Positions 11,778 to 22,393 of a stretch of DNA of 64,000 bases are shown piece after piece; within the stretch, counting starts at the first letter, position 1, and each line of letters opens with the position of its first letter. The notes beneath the pieces are model-generated. The model worked only from the letters and a program-made list of their open reading frames with translations, had not been told where the DNA came from and did not search any database. The stretch covers positions 310,001 through 374,000 of the forward strand of contig NZ_JABEZU010000002.1 in the NCBI RefSeq assembly GCF_013149785.1, given 5' to 3'. Source of the DNA: Isoptericola halotolerans (GTDB taxonomy: Bacteria > Actinomycetota > Actinomycetes > Actinomycetales > Cellulomonadaceae). A program made the translations under genes and the position numbers.

Positions 11778-11844
11778 CCTGCACCGGCGCGATCGTGAAC
11801 AAGGCCTGTAGGTCTCGCGGCGGGGAACCGCTACCCTGTCCGGC

Positions 11845-12555
11845 GTGACCAAGAGCCAGTACCCGTACCCGCCCGACGAGTTCGACGTCCGCGGTCCGGA
11901 GGGCGCGCCGGTGGGGGTCCACCGCGAGCCCCGGAGCGGGTGGAGCTCGGCCTGGCCCTTCCTGCTCGTCGCGGTGGTCTTCGCCGGTCTGGGCGTCGGC
12001 ATCATCTCCTACCTGTCCGACGGCGGCGAGTCGCCCACGGAGAACCCGCCCGCGGCGTCGGAGCAGTCGGCCGACCCGGAGGGCGGCGAGGGCTCCGGCG
12101 ACGGCGAGGAGGACCCGGAGGGCGACGAGGGCGCGGCGGGGGACGAGGACGCCGACAGTGAGGACGGCGCGTCCGAGGACGACGGGGACGACGCAGGATC
12201 CGAGGACGGCACCGAGGACGAGGCCGACGAAGAGGGCGACCTGGCCTCGCTCGTCGCGGCCGCCGACACCGGCGCGTTCGTCCGGGTGCTGAACGACGAC
12301 AGCGGGGTCGCCGGCGAGGCCGGTCGTGGGGCCGACGCTCTCGAGGCGATGGGCTTCTCGAACACGGAGGCGACCAACTACGACGGGGACTCGGGCCAGA
12401 CGACCAACGTCGTCTGGTACGCCGAGGGGCGTGCGGAGACCGCGGCCGCCGTGGCAGCCGCCCTGGGTGTGTCCGCCGAGCAGACGTCGCAGCAGCCGCT
12501 CGCCAACGGGGACGTCGTCGTCGTGGTCAAGGAAGCGCTCGCCATCGCGGAGTGA
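11845..12555 (+). CDS. Membrane protein with acidic linker and LytR C-terminal domain
   Basis: DEFD..GVHR N-terminus, one TM helix, D/E-rich linker, VRVLN..G.AG...VWY domain. Confidence 0.78.
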   Translation: MTKSQYPYPPDEFDVRGPEGAPVGVHREPRSGWSSAWPFLLVAVVFAGLGVGIISYLSDGGESPTENPPAASEQSADPEGGEGSGDGEEDPEGDEGAAGDEDADSEDGASEDDGDDAGSEDGTEDEADEEGDLASLVAAADTGAFVRVLNDDSGVAGEAGRGADALEAMGFSNTEATNYDGDSGQTTNVVWYAEGRAETAAAVAAALGVSAEQTSQQPLANGDVVVVVKEALAIAE

Positions 12556-12635
12556 CAGGCGTGACCTGCGCCACTATTCTCCTGTGCACGGCGGGGCGTC
12601 GGCCCCGTGCGTGCCGGAACGACGAGGAGAAGTAG

Positions 12636-12839
12636 ATGGCCCAGGGCACCGTCAAGTGGTTCAACGCCGAGAAGGGGTACGGCTTCGTGACGCCGGCCGA
12701 CGGCGGACAGGACCTGTTCGTCCACTTCAGCTCGATCCAGGCCGACGGGTACCGCAGCCTCGACGAGGGGCAGCAGGTGGAGTTCGAGGTCGGTCAGGGC
12801 CAGAAGGGCCCGCAGGCGGAGCAGGTCCGCCCGCTCTGA
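12636..12839 (+). CDS. cspA: Cold-shock protein
   Basis: [17 protein letters not shown] (RNP1), LFVHFS (RNP2); 67 aa; GAGGAG RBS. Confidence 0.93.
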   Translation: MAQGTVKWFNAEKGYGFVTPADGGQDLFVHFSSIQADGYRSLDEGQQVEFEVGQGQKGPQAEQVRPL

Positions 12840-12993
12840 TCGTGCTGAGCTGACAGTTGCAGTGCCGGCGAGGGCCGGCGCCCGCGCAGGGATGCGTCGG
12901 GCGTCGGCCCTCGTCGCGCCGTGCTCGGTGCTGTGCCGCGCCCGGCGTCGTACCCCCGGTGTCGTGCAGCCGTTGTGCGCCGGTGGCGAACGT

Positions 12994-13054
12994 CTTGCAC
13001 TCTCGGGTCGAGAGTGCCAATAATGGGTTAGCACTCTCGGCTGTCGAGTGACAG
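12994..13054 (+). promoter_or_regulatory. Two tandem CIRCE (HrcA) operators over the groEL promoter
   Basis: CTTGCACTC-N9-GAGTGCCAA (12994-13020) and TTAGCACTC-N9-GAGTGACAG (13028-13054) versus consensus TTAGCACTC-N9-GAGTGCTAA. Confidence 0.92.
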
Positions 13055-13103
13055 TCGTGGTGAACAACCTTGGTCGAAAGGTGAGGCACGCCCGCGCCCG
13101 TGA

Positions 13104-14816
<1,713 letters not shown>

Positions 14817-14856
14817 CCCACGCTCGCCCGGTGCGGTAGCCCGCGCCCGGTACATG

Positions 14857-14898
14857 ACGGCGGCCGGTCGCTTCCTCAGGGAAGCGGCCGGCCGCCGT
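14857..14898. terminator. Stem-loop between convergent groEL and WXG100 genes
   Basis: ACGGCGGCCGGTCGCTTCC-TCAG-GGAAGCGGCCGGCCGCCGT, 19-bp stem. Confidence 0.7.
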
Positions 14899-14926
14899 TC
14901 TCGTCCGGTGCGCCCACGACGGAACC

Positions 14927-15214
14927 TCAGCGGGCGAAGAGCCGCGCTGCCTGCGTCTCGGCCTCGGCGTAGGTCGTCGAGGCCGACTGCAGCGCCGCCG
15001 TCACCGAGTCGAGAGCCGCCTCCACCTGCGTCTGGGCCGACTGCCACTGCGTCATGACGCCGGCGAACGACGTCGCCGCGCTGCCGTGCCAGCTCGCCTG
15101 GAGATCCTGCAGGTGCCGCATCATGGCGCCCACCTCGGCGCGGATGGCCCCGACGGAACCGTTCACCGCGGCGCTCGCCTGCGCCACCCGATCGCTGTCG
15201 ACCTCGTATCGCAC
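14927..15214 (-). CDS. WXG100 (ESAT-6-like) protein
   Basis: 95 aa helical protein with central W-H-G and C-terminal YxxxE (YAEAE). Confidence 0.88.
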   Translation of the reverse strand: MRYEVDSDRVAQASAAVNGSVGAIRAEVGAMMRHLQDLQASWHGSAATSFAGVMTQWQSAQTQVEAALDSVTAALQSASTTYAEAETQAARLFAR

Positions 15215-15320
15215 GTCCTGCTCCCTCGTCGTGGTTCCCGGTGGACCGGGCTGGCCACGACGCTAGGGGGCGTCGCGAGACGTGCGCCGCCGTCGTCCAC
15301 AGCCTGTGGACGACGGCGGG

Positions 15321-16049
15321 TCAGCGGCGCGCAGGACCGGCCGTCGCCTCCTCGCCCAGCCGGCGGCGTTCCTTGGTCAGGCGGTGGAGCTCCGCGTCGA
15401 GGTTCTGCCGTGCCGGTTGCTCCCAGGTCGCCCCGAGCGGGCTCGCGTACAGCCGCGGGCGGCCCAAGAGCTTGGTCAGCACCTTGATGCGGGCGTCCAG
15501 GTAGTCGGAGAGCGGGATGTGGGCGTACTCGGCGCGGATCGCCGCCACGTACTCCTTGTACCGCTGCGGTTCGGCGGCGAGCATGCCCAGGTCGGCGTCG
15601 TTGAGGACGGCGGAGTCGAAGTCCCCGGGCAGCGCCTTGTGCCGCGCGAGGCTGTCGACCAGCTCGCCGACCCGGTGCGCTGCCTCCGCGGAGACCCCGA
15701 TCTCGACGAGCTGGGTGCGCGCGAGCTCGGCGCTGAGCGTGGTCTGCTCACCGCCGCGGGTCGCATAGGCGACCTTGCGGTTCGCATCGAACACCGCCCC
15801 GTGGTACCAGGCGGCGAGCCGCACGAGGTCGGCCTGGTGCGTCTCGTGAGCGAGCTCGTCGACGCGGTGCAGGACGGCCGCGAGGTGGCGCAGGTTGTGG
15901 AAGTGACGGTCCGACCCCGACCAGCGCTCGATGAGCTCCGAGCCCACCGCGCGGACGGCCTCCTCGGGCTCGGTGGCACCGGCCCCCCGGCACGTACGGA
16001 CGAACGCCGAGAGGAACCACTGCGGCGCGTCGGCGCTGAGGACGCCCAT
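15321..16049 (-). CDS. HD-superfamily metal-dependent hydrolase
   Basis: RHFHNLRHL, LAAWYHGAVF, DADLGMLA, IRAEYAH; the HD position reads HG. Confidence 0.75.
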   Translation of the reverse strand: MGVLSADAPQWFLSAFVRTCRGAGATEPEEAVRAVGSELIERWSGSDRHFHNLRHLAAVLHRVDELAHETHQADLVRLAAWYHGAVFDANRKVAYATRGGEQTTLSAELARTQLVEIGVSAEAAHRVGELVDSLARHKALPGDFDSAVLNDADLGMLAAEPQRYKEYVAAIRAEYAHIPLSDYLDARIKVLTKLLGRPRLYASPLGATWEQPARQNLDAELHRLTKERRRLGEEATAGPARR

Positions 16050-16156
16050 CGCTATCAAGACCTTCGCTTCTGTCCGAACGTGCTCTGTCTGCCTCCCAGC
16101 CTACGACCGGCGGCCGACAGTGGTGTCCGGTCGCGCGGCGTGGGCCGGCAGGGCCG

Positions 16157-17773
16157 TCACGAAGCGTAGTCCTCGGCGGACCTCAGGAGAACCCGCACGG
16201 TCATGCCGCCCCCCGGGGTCCGGCCGACGGAGGCCTTCCCGCCGTGCGCAGCGAGGATCGCCGCCACGATCGCGAGCCCCAGGCCCGACCCGCCCGACTC
16301 GCGGTTGCGCGAGGAGTCGGCCCGGTAGAACCGCTCGAAGATCCGGTCCGCCTGCTCCGGGGAGACGCCCGGTCCGTGGTCGCGCACCTCGACGGCCACG
16401 CCACCGTCCGCCACGGTCCCCAGGGCCAGCTCCGCGGGGGAGCCGGGTGGGGTGTGCCGTGCGACGTTGCCGACCAGGTTGGTCAGCACCTGCCGCAACC
16501 GGTCCGCGTCCCCGACGGTCCGCAGGGCCGACGGCGGTGCCTCGCCCGGGCCCAGGCCGGTCACCGAGACGGTGCGGGTCGGGTCCAGGGCGTGCAGGTC
16601 CTGGGCGGTCTCCTGCGCCAGGGCCACCAGGTCGACGACCTCGTGCTTCAGGGGGCGTCCCTCGTCGAGACGCGCCAGGACCAGGAGGTCGTTGACCAGC
16701 GCTCCCATCCGCCGCGCCGAGTCCTCGATGCGGACCATCGTGTCGTCGACCTTGTCGTCGGTGTCGAGCGCACCCATCCGGTAGAGCTCGCCGTAGCCGC
16801 GCACGGTCGCCAGCGGGGTGCGCAGCTCGTGGCTCGCGTCGGAGACGAAGCGGCGCATCCGCTGCTCCGACGCTTCCTGCGCGGCGAAGGCGGCCTCGAT
16901 CTGGGTGAGCATCGCGTTGAGCGAGTGCGACAGGGACCCCACCTCCGTCGACGCAGGCTGCTCCGGGACGCGGCGTGACAGGTCGCCGTCGGCGATCGCG
17001 GCGGCCGTGGCCTCGATCCGGCGCAGCGGGCGCAGGGAGTGCTGCACCAGCCAGAAGGCCAGGGTCCCGCCGAGCACCACGATGCCGATGCCGGACCAGA
17101 GCAGCGAGCTCGACAGGTAGGCGGTCGTCTTGTCGACACCGGCCATCGGCAGCGCGACGTACGCGGCACCCTCCACCGGGCTGCCCTGCGTCTGGCTGCA
17201 GGGGATGGACACGACACGCCACGGCGTCGGGTCGGTGCCCCCGGTCGACTCGACGGTGAACGGCTCCAGCCCGCGGTCGACCACGTCCTCCAGGGGCTCG
17301 TCCGGGACCTGCGGGGTTCCGTACCGGTCCAGAGTCCCGGGCCATCCGAGCGGTGGTCCCTCCAGACCGTTGCAGTTGCGCAGCGCGACGGCGTACTCGC
17401 TGGGGATGTACTGGGCGCCCTCGGTCGGGTTCAGCGCCGTCGCCCGCGCCACGCCCTGCGCCGACTGCTTGAGCTGCGTGTCGAGCTGGTCGATCAGGAA
17501 GTTCGACACGACGGTCCGGGTCGTGAGGCCGGCGAGGACCATCCCGGCACCGAGCAGGAGCACGATGATCGCCACGAGCCGTGCCCGCAGCGGCACGCGT
17601 GCGAGCCAGCCCGGGTGCCGCTGGGCCTCGTCCGGCGTATGGTCCGGCGCGAGCACCGTCGTCGTGCCCGACGGCGGTTCGCTCGTACCGTCCTCCCCGC
17701 CGTGAGGCGCGGCGTCCGGTACAGGGTCCGGCGCGGCGAACGTCGGCTCGTCGGGCAGGTCGCGAGAGGTCAT
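16157..17773 (-). CDS. HAMP-domain sensor histidine kinase
   Basis: Two TM helices, HAMP, FVSDASHELRTPL, NLVGN, DHGPG, FERFYR, GSGLGL; ATGA-coupled to the regulator. Confidence 0.93.
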   Translation of the reverse strand: MTSRDLPDEPTFAAPDPVPDAAPHGGEDGTSEPPSGTTTVLAPDHTPDEAQRHPGWLARVPLRARLVAIIVLLLGAGMVLAGLTTRTVVSNFLIDQLDTQLKQSAQGVARATALNPTEGAQYIPSEYAVALRNCNGLEGPPLGWPGTLDRYGTPQVPDEPLEDVVDRGLEPFTVESTGGTDPTPWRVVSIPCSQTQGSPVEGAAYVALPMAGVDKTTAYLSSSLLWSGIGIVVLGGTLAFWLVQHSLRPLRRIEATAAAIADGDLSRRVPEQPASTEVGSLSHSLNAMLTQIEAAFAAQEASEQRMRRFVSDASHELRTPLATVRGYGELYRMGALDTDDKVDDTMVRIEDSARRMGALVNDLLVLARLDEGRPLKHEVVDLVALAQETAQDLHALDPTRTVSVTGLGPGEAPPSALRTVGDADRLRQVLTNLVGNVARHTPPGSPAELALGTVADGGVAVEVRDHGPGVSPEQADRIFERFYRADSSRNRESGGSGLGLAIVAAILAAHGGKASVGRTPGGGMTVRVLLRSAEDYAS

Positions 17774-18513
17774 CGCTGCGGGGCTCGCAGCAGGTAGCCG
17801 ACGCCCCGCTTCGTGTGGATCAGGGGAGGCAGCTCGACGTCCGTCCCGTCGGGACCGGTCACGGTCAGGTGGTCGATCTTGCGCCGCAGGTACGAGATGT
17901 AGGACTCGACGATGTTCGCGTCGCCGCCCCAGTCGTACTGCCACACGTGGTCGAGGATCTGCGCCTTGGACAGCACGCGCCCGGCGTTGAGCATGAGGTA
18001 GCGCAGCAGCTTGAACTCGGTGGGGGACAGGTCGACCTCGATGCCGCTGCGGCGCACCTCGTGCGAGTCCTCGTCGAGCTCGAGGTCGCCGACCCGCACC
18101 ACGGCGTCGTCGTCGGGCTCGCCGCCCGCGGTGCGTCGCAGCACCGCGCGGATCCGGGCCACGACCTCCTCCAGGCTGAACGGCTTGGTGACGTAGTCGT
18201 CACCACCTACCGTCAGTCCCTGGATCTTGTCCTGGGTGTCGTCCCGTGCGGTGAGGAAGAGCACGGGCGTGTGCCGGCCCGTGGCACGCATCCGGCGGGT
18301 CACGGTGAAGCCGTCCATGTCGGGCAGCATCACGTCGAGCACCACGAGGTCCGGCTCGGTGTCACGGACCAGCTGCAGCGCGCTCCCGCCGTCGGCGGCG
18401 GCGTGCACCTCGAACCCCGCGAAGCGCAAGGACGTGGAGAGCAGCTCGCGGATGTTCGGCTCGTCGTCGACGACGACGAGCCGGGCTTCGGGGCTGTCGG
18501 AGGATGCGGCCAT
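17770..18513 (-). CDS. OmpR-family response regulator (PhoP/TcrX-like)
   Basis: VVDDE, LDVMLP, FLTA, YVTKPF, winged helix VESYISYLRRK..TKRGVGY. Confidence 0.93.
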   Translation of the reverse strand: MAASSDSPEARLVVVDDEPNIRELLSTSLRFAGFEVHAAADGGSALQLVRDTEPDLVVLDVMLPDMDGFTVTRRMRATGRHTPVLFLTARDDTQDKIQGLTVGGDDYVTKPFSLEEVVARIRAVLRRTAGGEPDDDAVVRVGDLELDEDSHEVRRSGIEVDLSPTEFKLLRYLMLNAGRVLSKAQILDHVWQYDWGGDANIVESYISYLRRKIDHLTVTGPDGTDVELPPLIHTKRGVGYLLRAPQR

Positions 18514-18533
18514 GTCCCCAGTGTGCTCCCGGA

Positions 18534-18551
18534 TCCTGGAGGTTTCCTGGA
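18534..18551 (-). promoter_or_regulatory. Putative autoregulatory site of the response regulator
   Basis: TCCAGGA-N4-TCCAGGA on the minus strand (11-bp period, OmpR-family geometry) just upstream of a CACACT -10-like hexamer. Confidence 0.5.
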
Positions 18552-18602
18552 CACGGGCCGCGTGGAGTCGCGCGACGGCCGGACCCTGGCCAAGGTGGGC
18601 AC

Positions 18603-19967
18603 GTGACAGCATCCGCTGCAGCACCTCCCGGTCTCAGCAGCCGGAGAGTCCTCGTACGCCGATGGGTCGGCGCCGTCCTCGTGGTCGTCACGACCGTGCT
18701 CGTCGTGGCGTCCAGCGTGGCCGTGTGGGCGCACCGCACCGTCTTCGACACCGACCAGTTCATGGCGACCGTCGGGCCGACGCTGGACGACCCGGCGTTC
18801 GACGCCGCGCTCGCGGACGACATCACCGAGCAGACCCTCGAGGCCCTCGACCTGGACACCCGTGTCTCCCGGCGGCTCGCCGAGCTCGACGAGGTCGTGG
18901 CGCTCGCCCTCGTCGAACGGCTGGACGTCGAGCCCGGGCCCCTGCTGGAGGCGCTGGGCTCCCGGGTCGACAGGCCGACGCTCGCCGTCCTCACGCCGAT
19001 GGTGGTCGAGAGTCTCGAGGGCCGCGTCGAGACGGTGGTCCACCGGCTCGTGACCTCCGAGGCCTTCGGGGCCCGGCTGCCCCGGCTGGTCGAGCGCGCG
19101 CACTCCGCCGTGACCGGGCTCGCGCGCGCCGACGTCGACGACTACCCGGACGTGTACCTCACCGAGGACGCGGTCATGCTGAACACGGTGCCGCTCGTGG
19201 TCGAGGCGCTGCGCGAGTCCCTCTCCGGCCTGGCCGACGTCGTGCCGGACGTCACGCTGCCCGAGGCCGTCGCCGAACGAGCCCCCGAGGTGCGCGCCCA
19301 GCTCGAGGAGGCCCTCGGCGCCCGCCTTCCCGCGGACCTCGGGCAGGTGGTGCTGATGGACCGGGAGATGTTCGACCTGGTCCAGACCTCCGTCGTGACG
19401 GTCGACCGTGCGGTGTGGCTGCTGCTCGCGCTCACCGTGGTCCTCGTCGTCGCGACCCTGCTGGTCGCGCCCGACCGGCGACGCGGCGCGATCCAGCTCG
19501 GGCTCGGCGTCGTGGCGGGTCTCGTGATCTCCGTCGCGCTGGTCGGCCGGCTCCGGGACCTGGTCGTGGACGTCGCCCGCACGCCCGACGGCGAACGGGT
19601 CGCCGAGGTGCTGTTCGACGCCGTCGCCGGCGGCCTGCACGAGATCGCCTGGCTGGTGGGCGTCCTGGCCGCCGTGACCGCCGTCGTCGGGACCCTGCTC
19701 GGGCGCCCCGCACGGCCCGCCCGGGCAGGTGAGCGGTGGCCGTGGCTGCGCGCCACGACCGGACAGGACGGCAGGCCGGCGCAGCTCGTCGCCCACCACG
19801 CCGACGCCCTGCGGGTGGTCGTCGTGGCCACCGCGGTGGTGACTGTGGTGGCCACCGGCTTCAGCTGGGTCGCGCTGGTGCTGGTGACGCTGCTCGGCAC
19901 GGTCTGCCTCGTCGGCATCTCGGTCGCGCAACGCACCGCCGACGTCCCCGGCCGCCGTCAGAGGTAG
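18603..19967 (+). CDS. Integral membrane protein of unknown function
   Basis: N-terminal TM followed by WAHRTVFDTD.F..TV.P, and several C-terminal TM helices; GC3-rich frame. Confidence 0.7.
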   Translation: MTASAAAPPGLSSRRVLVRRWVGAVLVVVTTVLVVASSVAVWAHRTVFDTDQFMATVGPTLDDPAFDAALADDITEQTLEALDLDTRVSRRLAELDEVVALALVERLDVEPGPLLEALGSRVDRPTLAVLTPMVVESLEGRVETVVHRLVTSEAFGARLPRLVERAHSAVTGLARADVDDYPDVYLTEDAVMLNTVPLVVEALRESLSGLADVVPDVTLPEAVAERAPEVRAQLEEALGARLPADLGQVVLMDREMFDLVQTSVVTVDRAVWLLLALTVVLVVATLLVAPDRRRGAIQLGLGVVAGLVISVALVGRLRDLVVDVARTPDGERVAEVLFDAVAGGLHEIAWLVGVLAAVTAVVGTLLGRPARPARAGERWPWLRATTGQDGRPAQLVAHHADALRVVVVATAVVTVVATGFSWVALVLVTLLGTVCLVGISVAQRTADVPGRRQR

Positions 19968-20593
19968 CGCAGCGGGTCGAACTCGTCGATCGGGATGATC
20001 CGCACGCGCGGCAGCGGGCTGGTGAAGGCGTCGACGTCGCCCTCGAGGTCGAAGATCTCCAGCCCCTCGTCGGTGAGGGCGGTGAGCTGGCCGTTGACGA
20101 ACTCGCGGAAGGCCAGCAGGCCCACCCGCCGGTCGTCGTCGGCCAGCAGCCGCTCGACCTGGGGCAGGAAGTCGCCGTCGTGGCTGGCCAGGAGGACGTC
20201 GCCCTCACGACCGGCGATGGCCTCGAGCGTGCGCTGGATACCGAGGTCGACGACCTTCTCGTCACCGTTCGCCGCCAGCGGGATGGGCCGGTAGCCCATC
20301 GCGAGGAGAGCCTGGACGAACGACATCGGCATCTGGCCGCTGGTCGCGTTGAGGAAGAACAGCGGGACGACCTCGGAGCCCCACACCTTGCTCGCGAACT
20401 TCGTGATCCGGTCCCACCGCGGCCGCTCCTCCGGGTTCGGGCGGCGGTTGAGCACGTTCATGCCGAGCGTGGCGTCGATGTTCTCGCCGTCGACCAGCAG
20501 GTAGGTGGTGCGAGCCGGCTCGTCCGGCGACGCCGGGGTCGGCGCCGGCACCGGTGCAGGCGAGGCGGTCGGCGCGGTGAAGGGGGAGGCCAT
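19958..20593 (-). CDS. NYN-domain (PIN-like) protein
   Basis: LLVDGENID, EKVVD, LASHDGDF acidic motifs. Confidence 0.85.
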   Translation of the reverse strand: MASPFTAPTASPAPVPAPTPASPDEPARTTYLLVDGENIDATLGMNVLNRRPNPEERPRWDRITKFASKVWGSEVVPLFFLNATSGQMPMSFVQALLAMGYRPIPLAANGDEKVVDLGIQRTLEAIAGREGDVLLASHDGDFLPQVERLLADDDRRVGLLAFREFVNGQLTALTDEGLEIFDLEGDVDAFTSPLPRVRIIPIDEFDPLRYL

Positions 20594-20698
20594 GCGCCCA
20601 GGGTACGCGCGACGACGTCGGTCCGGCGGTCAGGACGGTGGCCGGGGCATGGACCGCGGGCGCCCGGCGGAGTAATCTCAGCGGCCGTGCCCGAGATC

Positions 20699-21475
20699 AT
20701 GAAGCCCGACCACCTCCGGGTGACCGTCCTGCAGCACGGCTCCGACGTCCCGCTGGACCGGTTCGCCCGGCCCCTCGCCGGGGCACGCGTGGTCCGGCTG
20801 TTCGCCGGAGAGCCCGTGCCGCGCCTCGAGGAGTGCGGGGATGCGCTGGTCGTCCTCGGCGGGCAGATGAACGCCTACGCGGACGCCGAGGCGCCGTGGC
20901 TGCCCGCGGTGCGGTCCCTGCTCGCCCACGCGGTCGGTGCCGGGCTGCCCACGCTCGGCATCTGCCTGGGCGCACAGCTCCTCGCGGTCGCCGGAGGCGG
21001 GGCCGTGCAGGTCGCCGCGCCCCCTGGCCGGGAGGCCGGGGTCGTCGACGTGCACTGGCGTGCCGCGGCGCTGCACGACCCGGTCCTGGGGCCCCTCGTC
21101 CGGGCCGCCGGAGCCACGGGCGACGACGGCGTCGAGCGGCTCGGCTGCGTGACCCCCGTGGTCTCCATGCACTCCGACGCCGTCATCGAGCTGCCGGCCG
21201 GGGCGCAGTGGCTCGCCTGGTCGGACACCTACCCCTATCAGGCGTTCCGCTGGGGCTCGGCCCTCGGGGTGCAGTTCCACCCCGAGGCGAGCCCGTCGCT
21301 GGCCGTGCGGTGGGCGCTGGGCGAGACGGACGTCGACACCGCCACGGTGCACGCCCAGGTGACCGCGCACGACGCCGGTCTGGCGCGGACCGCCGACCTG
21401 CTCGCCGCGGCGTTCCTCGAGCAGGCGCGTGCCGCCGTCGGCCGGACGCGCAGGCCCGAGGCCGCACCCGCCTGA
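20699..21475 (+). CDS. Class I glutamine amidotransferase-like protein
   Basis: VLGG.M, LGICLGAQLL (catalytic Cys), GVQFHPE. Confidence 0.85.
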   Translation: MKPDHLRVTVLQHGSDVPLDRFARPLAGARVVRLFAGEPVPRLEECGDALVVLGGQMNAYADAEAPWLPAVRSLLAHAVGAGLPTLGICLGAQLLAVAGGGAVQVAAPPGREAGVVDVHWRAAALHDPVLGPLVRAAGATGDDGVERLGCVTPVVSMHSDAVIELPAGAQWLAWSDTYPYQAFRWGSALGVQFHPEASPSLAVRWALGETDVDTATVHAQVTAHDAGLARTADLLAAAFLEQARAAVGRTRRPEAAPA

Positions 21476-21477
21476 CG

Positions 21478-21551
21478 CTCAGTGCTGTGGGCGCACGACA
21501 CGCCGTCGGATGCCAACCGGCGACGGCGTGTCGTGCACCCACAGCACTGAG
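21478..21551. repeat. Long hairpin (31-bp arms) between convergent genes; shares a core with the 72-bp REP-like family
   Basis: CTCAGTGCTGTGGGCGCACGACACGCCGTCG-N12-CGACGGCGTGTCGTGCACCCACAGCACTGAG, one mismatch. Confidence 0.85.
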
Positions 21552-21567
21552 GGGGCGGGGTGAGGGG

Positions 21568-22305
21568 TCAGGACTCGATCTGGCCCGGCGTCGTGCCGGT
21601 CTTCAACGCGGCGAGGCGCGCCTCGAGCTCGACGTCCTGCATGGAGCCCTCGAGCTCGGCGAACTGCGAGTCCAGCGACGACGCCGCGATCTCCGCCTGG
21701 CCCATGGCCTGCGCCTCCTCGCGGCGCACGATCTCCTCGTACCGGCTGAGCTCGCTGGTCGGGTCCATGATGTTGATCGAGCTGATCGCACCCTGGACGG
21801 TCTGCTGCGCCACCGCGGCCTTCTGGCGGGCGACGAGCTGGTCGCGCCGGGACTTCAGGTCGACCAGCTTGTCCTTCATCTGCGCCAGCCCGGTCTTGAG
21901 CTTCTCGACCGTGACCTGCTGCTGCTCGATCATCGGGCGCGACGACGTCACCTCGCTCTCGGCGTCGAGCTGCTTGCGCAGCGCCACCCGGGTGAGCTGG
22001 TCGAACTTGTCGGCGTTGGCCTGGTCGCCGGCGGCACGACGCTCGTCGGCCTTGCGGGAGGCCGCCAGCGCCTTCGCGCCCCACTCCTGCACCGACTGGA
22101 CGTCCTCGTGGTAGTCCTGCTCCGCCAGACGCAGGTTGCCGATCGTCTGGGCGATCGCCTGCTCGGCCTCGGCGATGTTGCTCGTGTAGTCCCGGATGAG
22201 CTGGTCCAGCATCTTCTGCGGGTCCTCGGCGCGGTCGAGCAGCGCGTTGATGTTCGCCTTCGTGAGCTGGCTGATCCGCCCGAGGATGCTCTGCTTCTGC
22301 GTCAT
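21568..22305 (-). CDS. pspA: PspA/IM30 family protein
   Basis: ANINALLDRAEDPQKMLDQLIRD, long coiled coil, VELEARLAALK. Confidence 0.9.
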   Translation of the reverse strand: MTQKQSILGRISQLTKANINALLDRAEDPQKMLDQLIRDYTSNIAEAEQAIAQTIGNLRLAEQDYHEDVQSVQEWGAKALAASRKADERRAAGDQANADKFDQLTRVALRKQLDAESEVTSSRPMIEQQQVTVEKLKTGLAQMKDKLVDLKSRRDQLVARQKAAVAQQTVQGAISSINIMDPTSELSRYEEIVRREEAQAMGQAEIAASSLDSQFAELEGSMQDVELEARLAALKTGTTPGQIES

Positions 22306-22393
22306 GACGTGCCCTTCGTGGTCCGTGGTACCCGGTCGTTGCTGATGTGAAGAGGACGACGGCGCGGGCCCGGTAGTTCCCGCTCCGCCACGA

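Noticed and set aside
15287..15319. Replication origin
   Set aside because: Only one pair of DnaA-box-like 9-mers, no AT-rich unwinding region and no dnaA/dnaN nearby.
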